From Verrucomicrobiales bacterium (lineage in GTDB: Bacteria > Verrucomicrobiota > Verrucomicrobiia > Limisphaerales > J093): DNA of 64,000 nt. Below the pieces are notes generated by a model. It saw only the letters and a list, made by a program, of their open reading frames with translations. It was not told the DNA's origin and did no database searches. A program made the translations under genes and the position numbers. Location: NCBI GenBank assembly GCA_015075445.1, contig JABTUJ010000038.1, forward strand, positions 11,149 through 75,148. Direction: 5' to 3'. Positions 1-10,123 of the stretch are shown in pieces (position 1 is the stretch's first letter; each line of letters begins with the position of its first letter).

Positions 1-3000
1 CCTGTCCCGGCCGCAGGGGTGGCCGGGTTCACCCGGCTGCCTGCGTCGGCCACCGGCCTCGCGTTCACCAACACGCTCAGCCCGGCCCATGCCGCGGAGA
101 ATCAGATCCGCCTCAACGGTTCGGGCGTGGCCCTCGGGGACGTCGACGGCGACGGCTGGTGCGACGTGTTCGTCTGCGCGCTTGAGCAAAGGGGCGCGCT
201 CTTCCGCAACCTCGGCGGCTGGCGCTTCACCAACGTCACCGCCGCCGCCGGCCTTGACTTCCCGGGCCGATTCTCGACCGGCGCGGTGCTCGCCGACGTC
301 GATGGCGACGGCGATCTGGATTTGATCCTCAACGGCATCGACACCGGCACCCGGCTGTTCCTGAATGACGGCCGGGGGCATTTTGAGGCGGCGCCCGACG
401 CCGGTCTCCTGCCCGGTCGCGGCCCCACTACCGGTGCGCTGGCCGACATCGACGGCGACGGCGACCTCGATCTCTACGTCGCGCATTACCGCACCAATAC
501 GGTCCGTTCGACCGGGTTCGCCCTCTTCAACGTGGGCGGACGCCGCATGATCCGGCCGCAGGATCGCGGGCATCTCGAACTCACGCCCGACGGCCGCGTC
601 CTCGAACACGGCGAACCCCACGTCCTCTACCGCAATGAAGGCGGCGGCCGCTTCCGTCCGCTCTCCTGGACCGACGGCACGTTCCTCGACGAAGACGGTC
701 AACCGTTGCGCGAACCGCCCCGCGACTGGGGTCTCAGCGCCGCCTTCCGCGACCTGAACCGCGACGGCTTGCCCGACCTCTATGTCTGCAACGATTTCCA
801 CTCCCCCGACCGCATCTGGCTCAACGACGGCCGGGGCCGATTCCGCGCCCTGCCCCGCCTGGCCCTCCGCCACACCGCGACCTTCTCGATGGCCGTGGAC
901 TTCGCCGATGTGGACCGCGACGGACACGACGACGTGTTCGTCTCGGACATGACCAGCCGCGACCACGGGCGGCGACGGATGCAAATCGCGGGCATGGCCC
1001 CGTACACCATCCTGCCCGGCGTGTACGACGATCGCCCGCAACTCGACCGCACCGTCCTCCAATGGAATCGCGGCGACGGCACCTACGCCGAGATCGCCAC
1101 CTACGCCGGGCTCGAGAACTCGGAGTGGAACTGGTCGGTCCTGTTCCTCGACGTGGACCTCGATGGCTACGAAGACGTGCTCGCCACCACCGGCCACATG
1201 TTCGACACGCAGGACCTGGATGCCCAGGCCCGCATCGCCGCCCAGGGTCCCTATCCCCCCAGCCGGATCCCCGGCAAACTCCTCATGCTGCCGCCCCTCG
1301 AACAGGCCAACCTCGCCTTCCGCAACCAGGGCAACCTCACCTTCGTCGAATGCAGCCCGGCCTGGGGATTCGACGATGTCGGGGTCTCGCAGGGCATGGC
1401 GCTGGCGGACCTCGACAACGACGGCGACCTCGACCTCGTGATCAACAACCTGAATGGCCCCCTCGGCGTTTACCGCAACAACGCCCCCGCGCCGCGCATC
1501 GCCGTCCGCCTCCAGGGTCAACCGCCCAACACCGCCGGTATCGGCGCCCGCATCACCGTCCGGGGCGGCCCCGTCATCCAGGCCCAGGAGATGATGGCCG
1601 GTGGCCGGTATCTCTCCGGCGACGACCCGATGCGGGTCTTCGCGGCTGGCCACGACACGGACCCGCTCGCGATCGAGGTGCTGTGGCGCAGCGGCCGGCG
1701 CAGCGTGGTGACCAACGCCCGGCCGAACACCCGGTACACCATCCACGAACCCGCCGGTGCCACCGAACCGTCTGAGCCCCCGCCCCCGCCGCTGCAACCG
1801 CCAGCATCATCCGCCGCCAGCCCGTTCTTCGAAGACATCAGTGCCTGGCTTGATCACCGGCATCACGACGATCCGTTCAACGATTTCGACCAGCAACCGC
1901 TGCTGCCCCGACGCCTCAGTCAGTTGGGACCGGGCCTGAGCTGGTTCGATCTCGACGGTGACGGCCGGGAGGACTTGATCGTCGGCAGTGGCAAGGGCGG
2001 GCGGCTGGCGGTGTTCCGTAACCGCGCACCGGAGGGCTTCCAGCGCCTGAGCGAACCACCGTGGAACCTCCCCGCATCCCGCGACCGAACCGCCTTGCTG
2101 GGCTGGCACGCGCCGGGTCGGGGACCTGTGCTCCTCGTGGGCTCGGCAAGCTACGAAGCGGACCTCGACCCAGGCGGCGCCGTCCTTCAGTTCGCACCCG
2201 GTGAACCGCAGGCCGCCGAGGTCATCCCAGCCCTGCCATTCAGCGTGGGACCCCTCGCGCTGGCCGATTTCGATGGGGACGGCTTCCTCGATTTGTTCGT
2301 GGGCGGCCGCTGCCTGCCGGGGCGGTATCCCGAGCCCCCTTCCTCGAAGCTCTATCGGCAGGCGGGCGGGCGTTGGGTTTTGGACGTCGAGAACTCGAAA
2401 CGCCTCGAACGGGTCGGGTTGGTCAGCGGCGCCGTGTGGACCGACCTCGAAGGCGATGGTTGGCCGGACCTGGCCCTGGCCATCGAGTGGGGACCGATCC
2501 GCCTGTTCCGCAACGAGCGCGGCCGGTTGAGCGAGTGGCTGGCGCCCGTGGTGAGCGCGCCGCCCGGAGATGCTACGCTCAACGGACAACGTTCAACATC
2601 CAACGTTCAACGGACAACGCTCAACGAGTTGACGGGCTGGTGGAACGGGATTGTCACGGGCGACTTTGACGGCGACGGACTGCTGGATCTCCTGGCCACG
2701 AATTGGGGCCTCAATACCGTGGCCCGCGCGTCGCCGACTGCTCCCTATCGGGTCTACTACGGCGACTTCGCCGACACGGGCGCAGTCCACTTGATCGAGG
2801 CCACCCCAAGTGGACCGCGTGGAGCCGATGTGCCCGAGCGCGATCTCGAGAGCGTCGCCGCCGCCCTGCCGGCCGTGCGGGCGCGATTCCCGACGCACGC
2901 GGCCTTCGGAGAAGCCACCGTGGCGGACGTCCTCGGCCCGGCACTGGCACGCGCTCGACGCCTCGAGGTCGTCACCCTCGCCACGACGCTCTTCCTCAAT

Positions 3001-3663
3001 CGCGGCGACCATTTCGTGGCGGTCCCCCTGCCCCGCGAGGCGCAGTTCGCCACGGCGATGGCCGCGTGCGTCGGGGACTTTGACGGCGATGGCCAGGAAG
3101 ACGTGTTTCTGAGCCAGAACTTCTTTGCCACGCAGGACAAGACGCCCCGCTGCGATGCCGGCCTCGGGCTCTGGCTCCGCGGGGATGGCCGTGGCGGCTT
3201 GACCGCGGTCCCCGCCCACGAAAGCGGCGTGCGCGTGTACGGCGAGCAGCGCGCGGCGGCCTTGGCCGACTTTGACGGCGACGGCCGCGTCGACCTGGCC
3301 GTGACCCAGAACGGGAACGCCACGAGGTTGTTTCGGAACCTCCGCGGTCAACCGGGGCTGCGCATTCGGCTCCAAGGTCCGCCAGGGAACCCCACCGCGG
3401 TGGGTGCCGTGATGCGCAGCCAGACGGGCGATGCTTGGGGACCGGCGCGGATGGTCGGGGCAGGCTCGGGTTACTGGTCGCAGAACAGCGCGGTGGAGGT
3501 GCTCGCGATGAGGGAACCAGTCAGCCGTCTCCGGGTGCGCTGGCCGGGCGGGAACGAGACGCAAGTCGACGTGCCGGAATCCGCCCGGGAAGTCGTCCTG
3601 GGTGCAGACGGCGTGGTCCGGGTAGTTCGCCTGAGAGCGCCCGCCGACCCAAAGCGGCGCTGA
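1..3663 (+). CDS. Large FG-GAP/VCBS-repeat protein with two ASPIC/UnbV (CRTAC1-like) modules; 5' end probably outside window
   Basis: Many DxDGDGxxD repeats; two ASPIC-like segments (AIGARITV..GGRYLS..EVLWRSG; AVGAVM..GSGYWSQNS..VRWPGG); frame is open from base 1. Confidence 0.85.
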   Translation, partial: PVPAAGVAGFTRLPASATGLAFTNTLSPAHAAENQIRLNGSGVALGDVDGDGWCDVFVCALEQRGALFRNLGGWRFTNVTAAAGLDFPGRFSTGAVLADVDGDGDLDLILNGIDTGTRLFLNDGRGHFEAAPDAGLLPGRGPTTGALADIDGDGDLDLYVAHYRTNTVRSTGFALFNVGGRRMIRPQDRGHLELTPDGRVLEHGEPHVLYRNEGGGRFRPLSWTDGTFLDEDGQPLREPPRDWGLSAAFRDLNRDGLPDLYVCNDFHSPDRIWLNDGRGRFRALPRLALRHTATFSMAVDFADVDRDGHDDVFVSDMTSRDHGRRRMQIAGMAPYTILPGVYDDRPQLDRTVLQWNRGDGTYAEIATYAGLENSEWNWSVLFLDVDLDGYEDVLATTGHMFDTQDLDAQARIAAQGPYPPSRIPGKLLMLPPLEQANLAFRNQGNLTFVECSPAWGFDDVGVSQGMALADLDNDGDLDLVINNLNGPLGVYRNNAPAPRIAVRLQGQPPNTAGIGARITVRGGPVIQAQEMMAGGRYLSGDDPMRVFAAGHDTDPLAIEVLWRSGRRSVVTNARPNTRYTIHEPAGATEPSEPPPPPLQPPASSAASPFFEDISAWLDHRHHDDPFNDFDQQPLLPRRLSQLGPGLSWFDLDGDGREDLIVGSGKGGRLAVFRNRAPEGFQRLSEPPWNLPASRDRTALLGWHAPGRGPVLLVGSASYEADLDPGGAVLQFAPGEPQAAEVIPALPFSVGPLALADFDGDGFLDLFVGGRCLPGRYPEPPSSKLYRQAGGRWVLDVENSKRLERVGLVSGAVWTDLEGDGWPDLALAIEWGPIRLFRNERGRLSEWLAPVVSAPPGDATLNGQRSTSNVQRTTLNELTGWWNGIVTGDFDGDGLLDLLATNWGLNTVARASPTAPYRVYYGDFADTGAVHLIEATPSGPRGADVPERDLESVAAALPAVRARFPTHAAFGEATVADVLGPALARARRLEVVTLATTLFLNRGDHFVAVPLPREAQFATAMAACVGDFDGDGQEDVFLSQNFFATQDKTPRCDAGLGLWLRGDGRGGLTAVPAHESGVRVYGEQRAAALADFDGDGRVDLAVTQNGNATRLFRNLRGQPGLRIRLQGPPGNPTAVGAVMRSQTGDAWGPARMVGAGSGYWSQNSAVEVLAMREPVSRLRVRWPGGNETQVDVPESAREVVLGADGVVRVVRLRAPADPKRR
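2573..2628 (+). repeat. Heptamer array (CAACNNN) x8 inside the ASPIC gene
   Basis: ctacgct caacgga caacgtt caacatc caacgtt caacgga caacgct caacgag, translated as ..TLNGQRSTSNVQRTTLNE.. Confidence 0.8.
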
Positions 3664-3769
3664 AGTGCACGCACGCCAAACGCAGGCGCGACTTCCTCAC
3701 CTCCAGCCACGCACAGAGCGTCGTGTTGCCCCTTGACGCCGCCGGACTTCCTCCGTGTCATTCCGTCGC

Positions 3770-4941
3770 ATGGTCACACCAACCACGGGCCCGACGGCCG
3801 GGACTGCCACGGGGAGGACGTTCAACTTCCCCACGCTCTACTTCGAGGCCACCCGCGCCTGCAACCTGCGCTGCAACATCTGCATGAGCGGCAGCAACGA
3901 CCCGCAGCGCGTCCGCCAGAGCCGGCAGGAACAGCTCACCGCCCAGGAAATCGAGGACCTCGTTTTCGCCCGCGTCAGTGAGGTCGGCGTCAAGATCATC
4001 ATCTGGAGCGGCGGCGAATTCCTCACCCGCCCGGACGCCCTGGACCTGTTGCGCGGGGCCCGGCGGCACGGCTACCGCTCCAGCGTCTGCACGAACGGCC
4101 TCCAGTTGAACCAGGAACGGCTGCTCGCCATCCGCGAAGCCGGGGGTGATGATCTGGTGATCTCGCTGGGCATCAACTCGCTGGATGACAGCAACTCCGC
4201 CACGCGCGACGCCGAGGTCGAGGTGACCCTCCGCGCACTGGACCTGTGCGAATCGCTCGGGATCAAGCGCCACGTCGTGGTCAACCTCGGCCGCCACAAC
4301 CTGCAGACGCTTGGTCAGACCTTCGATTACCTGTACCAACGCCGCATCCCCTGGAACCGCTCCCCGTTCACCGCGCAAGGGCCTGGGGCCCAGCATTTCT
4401 GGAACAAAACCTCACCCGCGAAGAGATGGAGCGTTACGCCCACCCGCACATGCGGCGACATGCCTTCGGGTACGTGAGTTACACCCCGTTCTTCCTGGCC
4501 CCCGAGCTGCACGCCAAGTTCTCCCAAGGACGTCGCAACCAGACCGTTCCCCAAAACCCTTCCATCGGCTGCTGGTGCGGCACCTGGCTGGCCATGAGCG
4601 CCGAAGGCGACGTCGCCCCTTGCGCCATCCTGCTCGACGTGCTCAACGCCGGCAACGTCCGGGAAACCCCGGTCCGGGACATCGTCGCGAACACCGAGGT
4701 CTTCCGGCGCATCCTCGATCGCAGCCAACTGGGCGGCAAGTGCGGTCGTTGCCGCTACAAGTTCACCTGCGGCGGCTGCCGGGCCATGGCGTTGTTCGCC
4801 TCCGGCGATTACATGGGCGAGGACCCCCAATGCTTCTTTGAGCCCGTGGACGAGACCACCGTCTGCGAGCACGAGGCTGAGACCGGACGCGTCTTCGAGC
4901 GCTACGCGCTCATGGCCCGTTACGCCGGCGGGGGCATCTGA
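3770..4941 (+). CDS. Radical SAM/SPASM-domain protein, split by a frameshift near 4380-4400
   Basis: CNLRCNIC motif and SGGE in ORF 3755-4477; SPASM motifs (GDVAPC, GKCGRCRYKFTCGGCRA..DPQC) in overlapping ORF ending 4941. Confidence 0.8.
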
Positions 4942-5990
4942 GCTCGGACCGCCGCCCCCGTGGGCTGGCCCTGTTCCAGCACCGCCACGCGCCGCTCCAG
5001 TTCGCGGAGGGTCCGACGCAGCTCAGGCAAGCGTTTGTAGATGGCCGCGGCCTCGACGGCTTTGCTCATCTCGAACGCCGGCGTGCCGAACACCCGTTCC
5101 CCGTCCGGGATGTTCTGGCTCACGCCCGACTGGGCAGCAATGGTCACGTGATTGCCGATCTCCAAGTGACCGGCGATGCCGACCTGCCCCGCCATGACGC
5201 AGTGATGGCCGATCCGCGTTGAGCCCGCCACCCCGGTCTGGGCCACCATGAGGCAATGCGCTCCCAGGCGCACCCCGTGGCCAATCGCCACGACACTGCC
5301 GATCTTCGATCCGGGACCGATCACGGTGTCGTGCAAGGCCCCCCGCTCAATGCTGGCGTTCGCCCCGATCTCGACGTCGTCCTCGATCACCGCCCGCGCG
5401 ATGTGGGGGATCTTGTGATGCACCCCCGCCTGGGTCGAGAAACCCAGACCGTCGTGCCCAATGCAGGCCCCCGCGTGAATCAACACCCGGTTCCCCACCT
5501 GACAACGCTCGTACACCACCACATTCGGCAACAGCACGCAGTCCTCCCCGATCTCCGTGCCGGGCCCGACAAAGACGCCGGGGTACAGAATGGTGCGCCG
5601 ACCAATGCGCGCGTCCTCGCACACCGTGACGTTCGGGTGCACGCTCACCTCGGTTCCCAACGTGGCGCTCGGATGGATCTGTGCCTGCGGGCTGATGCCC
5701 ACCCGCAGATAAGGCCGATGCCCGTGCAACGCCACGAGGATCCGGGTGAACGCATAGTACGGATTGCCCGCGACAATCTGGATCGCGGAACACTCCATGG
5801 GCTCCGGGACCACGATCGCGGTCGCCCGCGTCTGCTTGATCAACAGCGCATAGCGCGGATTGGCCAGGAAGGTGATCTGGCCGGGGCGCGCCAGTTCAAT
5901 AGTCGCCCCCGAGTTGACACACGCCTCCGCATCGCCCACGATCTCCCCGCCCACCAGGCCGGCCAACTCTCCAACCGTCTTCTGAATCAT
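4920..5990 (-). CDS. lpxD: UDP-3-O-(3-hydroxyacyl)glucosamine N-acyltransferase
   Basis: ITFLANPRY, NPYYAF, hexapeptide repeats, IGHDGLGF, DDVEIGANASIERG, MAGQVGIAGHL. Confidence 0.92.
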   Translation of the reverse strand: MIQKTVGELAGLVGGEIVGDAEACVNSGATIELARPGQITFLANPRYALLIKQTRATAIVVPEPMECSAIQIVAGNPYYAFTRILVALHGHRPYLRVGISPQAQIHPSATLGTEVSVHPNVTVCEDARIGRRTILYPGVFVGPGTEIGEDCVLLPNVVVYERCQVGNRVLIHAGACIGHDGLGFSTQAGVHHKIPHIARAVIEDDVEIGANASIERGALHDTVIGPGSKIGSVVAIGHGVRLGAHCLMVAQTGVAGSTRIGHHCVMAGQVGIAGHLEIGNHVTIAAQSGVSQNIPDGERVFGTPAFEMSKAVEAAAIYKRLPELRRTLRELERRVAVLEQGQPTGAAVRAQMPPPA

Positions 5991-6060
5991 CACGTGCCGC
6001 GACCTTAGGAGCCCCGTTCCCACGTGGCAAGCACGGCCGCAGGCACAGGCAAGGGCAGCC

Positions 6061-8502
6061 TCACTTCAGCGTCGCCAGCCCGAACAGACCCCCGGCCGTC
6101 TGTCCCGGATGAGCCTGGAACCGCACCCGCACCCGGTCCTTCCCAGCGGTGAGTTCCCGGTCCAGCAGCCATTCCACCTCGAAGAACCGGCCGGGCGCAT
6201 TGCGATCCAGCGTCTGCGTGGCAATCGTCCGCCCCTCCACCACCACGTCGAACGCGCGCGCCCCGGCATCGTCACCCCAAAACACCGCCTGCAGACGGGT
6301 GTCGCGCCCGGGATGGACCGCCAGCTCGTAGCCAAACCAGCCACCGTCGGGGGCATGACGCCACGTGCGCCCCGCGTGGCTGCCGGACTGGCTCCGCTCG
6401 CCCTCCAGCCGGTGTCGCCGCTCAGAGTCCGGATCGCCGATCTTCACGTAATCCAGGAACGACCGGGCCCGCTCACGCACCTGCCGCTCGGCGTCCGCCA
6501 ACCCCGCCTGATAGGCTTCCCAGCCCCCCTCCGTGAACAGCTCCCAATACACCGCGTAGCGCTGGTGATGCAGCGCGTGGAACGGGACCAACGTCACGTC
6601 CGCGGGCCGGCCCAACCCGCGCGTGCGAAAAGCCAGTCCGCGCCCTTCCACCCGCGCGATCCGTTCACCCAGCTTCTCCACGTCGCCCACCCACACCGGC
6701 ACACGGGGCGTCGGCACCCGCACGTATTCCAACTGCTGCCGGGCATAAGGCGACACCGTCTCCAACCCCTCCCGCCCCAGCTCCCCCGCCAGCACCAGCG
6801 GACCGTACAGCACCGCGACGATGTCCTCGGCCCCGGGCAATGGCTCGACGTGCAAATCCATGGGCACGCGCACCTCCACCCGGTCACCGTCCTGCCACGT
6901 GCGCCGCACCGTGACATAACACCCGGGCTGTCCCGCGACTTCCTGCGGCCGCCCGTTGACGCTTACCGTGAACCCGCTCCCCACCCACCCCGGCCAACGG
7001 ATCTTCAGGCCAACTTCGACCGGCCCGGCACAGCTCAGATGGAGCCGGACGACATCGCCCTCCGGAAACTCCGTCTCCAGGCGCACCCCCAGACCGCGCT
7101 CCGGCCAGGTGAGTTCCGACGCCACGAACAGGTTCACCCACAGCGCGTCGTGGTCGTGGAAAAAGATCGCTTCCCCATACCGGCAGGGATTCTCCATGCC
7201 CGTCCCCACGCAGCACCAGAACGAGTCCTCCGGCCGCGAGTACGTCTTGAAGTGCCCCGGCAGGAGCGGCATGAAATAGCCGAACATGCCTTCCACCGGA
7301 TCCTGCGACGCCAGAATGTGGTTGTAGAGGGCGCGTTCGTAGAAGTCCATGAGGCGCGCCGAAGGATCCCACCCGAACAGGTGCCGGGTGAGCTTGAGCA
7401 TGTTGTAGGTGTTGCACGTCTCGGCCGTTTCCACGCTCAGGTGACGGGCAAAGTCGTCCACGGGAAAGAAATGCTCCCGGTCGCTGTGGCCACCGATCAC
7501 GTATGACCGGTGCTGGGCCACGCGGTCCCACGCGAACCGGGCCACGTCCCGATAGCGCCCCTCGCCCGACAGCTCGTACTGACGCGCTGCGCCGATGAAC
7601 TTCGGGATCTGCGTGTTGGCGTGGAGGCCATCGAGCCGGTCTTCGCCGCGCGCCAGCGGATCGAACACGGCCCGGTGATCGAAGACCCGGGCCAGCTCGA
7701 GGTACTCGCGTCGCCCGGTCGCGCCGTAAAGGTCGGCCAGCACGTCGTTCATCCCCCCAAACTCCATGCGCAACGTGAGCTGCTGCTGGTCCAACGACAA
7801 CCGGTCCATCCGCGCCTTCACCCAGTCCGCCTGACGGCTCACGACCGCCAGGGCCTGCTCGTTGCCGCAGTGCAGGTACGCGTCCAGCAGCCCCGCCATG
7901 ATCTTGTGCAGGGTGTAGTAAGGCGCCCACACCGGCTGCCCCGCTTCGACCCGGTCCATGAAGGACTCCGGGAAGGCGGACAAGTACCCAGCGCGGAAAC
8001 CCCGCCCCGGCGACGCTTCCTGGCACCGGGCCAGTTCCGCGACGATGGCGTCCACCCGCGCCCGGAGCTGCTCCTCACCGGTCGCCGCGTACAGCAGGGA
8101 AAGCGCGGACAGGTAATGGCCCAGCGAATGCCCCCGCAACTCCACCGCCGGCGCCTCCCATCCGCCGTAAGGTTCCGCGGACGACGGCAACCCCGCCGTG
8201 ACCCGGAACATGTGCAGCAAGCGGGCAGGATCCAGGCTCATCAGATACCGCCGGTTCCGCTGCATCGCGTCGTAGAACGGGCCCGCGAGCAACCGCACCT
8301 GCGCGAGGTCGAACGGCCGTGCGCCCATGGGCACGACCGGCGCAACCCCTGCCTTCCGCGGTGATGCCGCGCGTGTGTCCTGCCCCACGGTCTGGGTCGT
8401 CAGCAGCGCTCCAGCCAAACCCACCCCAAACACCACCCGGATCGTCCAACCCCTCAGCCGTCGAGCTCGCTCGACAGCGTCGCGTGTACTCAGAGTCGTC
8501 AT
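6061..8502 (-). CDS. GH127/GH146-like glycoside hydrolase (beta-L-arabinofuranosidase family), secreted
   Basis: YGGWE..LRGHSLGHYLSA, WAPYYTLHKI, HANTQIPK, ETCNTYNMLKL, FWCCVGTGME. Confidence 0.88.
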   Translation of the reverse strand: MTTLSTRDAVERARRLRGWTIRVVFGVGLAGALLTTQTVGQDTRAASPRKAGVAPVVPMGARPFDLAQVRLLAGPFYDAMQRNRRYLMSLDPARLLHMFRVTAGLPSSAEPYGGWEAPAVELRGHSLGHYLSALSLLYAATGEEQLRARVDAIVAELARCQEASPGRGFRAGYLSAFPESFMDRVEAGQPVWAPYYTLHKIMAGLLDAYLHCGNEQALAVVSRQADWVKARMDRLSLDQQQLTLRMEFGGMNDVLADLYGATGRREYLELARVFDHRAVFDPLARGEDRLDGLHANTQIPKFIGAARQYELSGEGRYRDVARFAWDRVAQHRSYVIGGHSDREHFFPVDDFARHLSVETAETCNTYNMLKLTRHLFGWDPSARLMDFYERALYNHILASQDPVEGMFGYFMPLLPGHFKTYSRPEDSFWCCVGTGMENPCRYGEAIFFHDHDALWVNLFVASELTWPERGLGVRLETEFPEGDVVRLHLSCAGPVEVGLKIRWPGWVGSGFTVSVNGRPQEVAGQPGCYVTVRRTWQDGDRVEVRVPMDLHVEPLPGAEDIVAVLYGPLVLAGELGREGLETVSPYARQQLEYVRVPTPRVPVWVGDVEKLGERIARVEGRGLAFRTRGLGRPADVTLVPFHALHHQRYAVYWELFTEGGWEAYQAGLADAERQVRERARSFLDYVKIGDPDSERRHRLEGERSQSGSHAGRTWRHAPDGGWFGYELAVHPGRDTRLQAVFWGDDAGARAFDVVVEGRTIATQTLDRNAPGRFFEVEWLLDRELTAGKDRVRVRFQAHPGQTAGGLFGLATLK

Positions 8503-8559
8503 GATGGTTCGGTGGTTTCCGCCAACTGCCCGCACTCCCCGAACAGGCGAGAAAGGAGT

Positions 8560-9966
8560 CTACGGAACAACGAGGCGGTAAAACGCCATCCCGCTGGTCG
8601 GTGGGTCGATCGGACTCCCGGAACTCACCCCCGCCATCGGCGCCCACTGCGGCGCGGTCAGGCTCGGCGAACTCTGCAAAACCCCGTTGCCCGTCCAAGT
8701 GATCACCACCTTGCCTTGCGCGTTCACCTGGATGCTGGCGATCTGCGGTGGAGCGGCGGCCAACCCCCCGGTGTCGATGAGACGGAAGTTGTCGTAGTAA
8801 AGCGTGAACGCGTCCGCGAAATCCCCTTGGGCGATGAAGACCATCATGGGCGCGCCTTCCACCGCTGCGTCCCAGTTGGGCAGTTGATCCAGCGTGATGG
8901 AGACCGTCTGGGCCCGGCCGGCCGGCTGATCACGACGCGCGATGCCGTACGGAATCCAGGACCCGTTATAGGCAAACTGCTTCGTCACCGCCCACGCCGG
9001 CTGGTTGTTCTCATCCCGATCGGGATAGATGATCTCGAATCGCAGGGTGTAACGGGCCAGTTCCTCGGGGGCAGGCCGCTCCTCGGGCGGGAGATCCAAT
9101 CGCAGCACCTCGGCCAGCTTGGTGTTTGCGAAGGGCAACGTGAAGTCCGCCTTCCAGCCGCCACCCCCCGTGTAATCCACCTGGAGCGACTTGGTCCCGT
9201 GCGTGACCCGGATGTCGTCCTCGCCCGTCGATGTGTACTGCGAGTAAGTGGTCCGTGGCGTCCCGCCCCAGGCCGTGAAGTCCGCGGCGCCCCCCGTGGG
9301 GTTCTCCGCGTCCTCAAAGCTCTGGAGCACCGTGGTCACGGGCGTCGCGCCCGGGGCGTACGTGTCGACCAGGCGCAGGTTGTCCACGTGGAGCGTCAAG
9401 GGCCCGTAGAAAGGATCCTCGTTGGCATCGAAGTTGTCCGCGAACCGGAGGATGATCGGGCCCGCTTCCGGCAAACCCTCCACCAAATCCACCGCCCAGG
9501 ACATGGTCGCCTTGCCGCCGCTGCCCGCCGAGGGCGTGTCCAACTGATCATTGATGTTCCCGAAAAACGCCTGGTTGTTCATCCAGGCGGTCCCTCCCGG
9601 GAAGATGATGTCGTAGCGCAGAATGTAGCGCGCCACATCCGTCGATTGCGCCGCCTCGCGCACCTTGTCCGAAGCCTCCTCCGAGAGGGTGATCATGAAG
9701 TCGTGCACCCACCCCTCGAAGTAGTACAACTCGACCTGAAGCGACTTGTTGCCGTGCGTCACATTGATGTCCTCGTCACCCCACTTGGTGTACTGCTGGA
9801 GGATGACCCCGTCCGGGATGCGATCCCCACCCCAGTTGCCCAGGGCCACGCTCTCGATGTTCTCCTCGAAGCTCTCGAGGATCACGGCATTCTCGGCACC
9901 GCACGCCACCGCCCCGGCCAGGGCGGCCATGCTCGTCAGTAACGTGAGTCTGAGTGGCGTCCTCAT
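8560..9966 (-). CDS. Secreted protein with two internally repeated beta-sandwich-like domains and a verrucomicrobial-type C-terminal domain
   Basis: Signal peptide MRTPLRLTLL..AVACG; repeated (L[EQ]SFE..VTHG.KSLQV..LARY.LR..DN.RL.DT); C-terminus ITW..LQSS..W..FYRLVVP. Confidence 0.7.
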   Translation of the reverse strand: MRTPLRLTLLTSMAALAGAVACGAENAVILESFEENIESVALGNWGGDRIPDGVILQQYTKWGDEDINVTHGNKSLQVELYYFEGWVHDFMITLSEEASDKVREAAQSTDVARYILRYDIIFPGGTAWMNNQAFFGNINDQLDTPSAGSGGKATMSWAVDLVEGLPEAGPIILRFADNFDANEDPFYGPLTLHVDNLRLVDTYAPGATPVTTVLQSFEDAENPTGGAADFTAWGGTPRTTYSQYTSTGEDDIRVTHGTKSLQVDYTGGGGWKADFTLPFANTKLAEVLRLDLPPEERPAPEELARYTLRFEIIYPDRDENNQPAWAVTKQFAYNGSWIPYGIARRDQPAGRAQTVSITLDQLPNWDAAVEGAPMMVFIAQGDFADAFTLYYDNFRLIDTGGLAAAPPQIASIQVNAQGKVVITWTGNGVLQSSPSLTAPQWAPMAGVSSGSPIDPPTSGMAFYRLVVP

Positions 9967-10065
9967 GGTGATTGGCAGGTTGGTTTCACAGGCTACGCGC
10001 AGCATTGTAGGGGCCCGCCCCTCCCGACGCAAGGGGCAGCCGGGTCATGTCCAGTTATGCGGTTC

Positions 10066-10107
10066 TTGAGACAAATCAATTGTCTCTGCGCTCCCTTGCG
10101 TCATATT
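10066..10107 (+). promoter_or_regulatory. FNR/Crp-family-like box with -10 element upstream of moaA
   Basis: TTGAG-ACAA-ATCAA (10066-10079; one mismatch to TTGAT-N4-ATCAA) and CATATT at 10102-10107. Confidence 0.5.
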
Positions 10108-10123
10108 GCCCTCGTCTTTGGTC

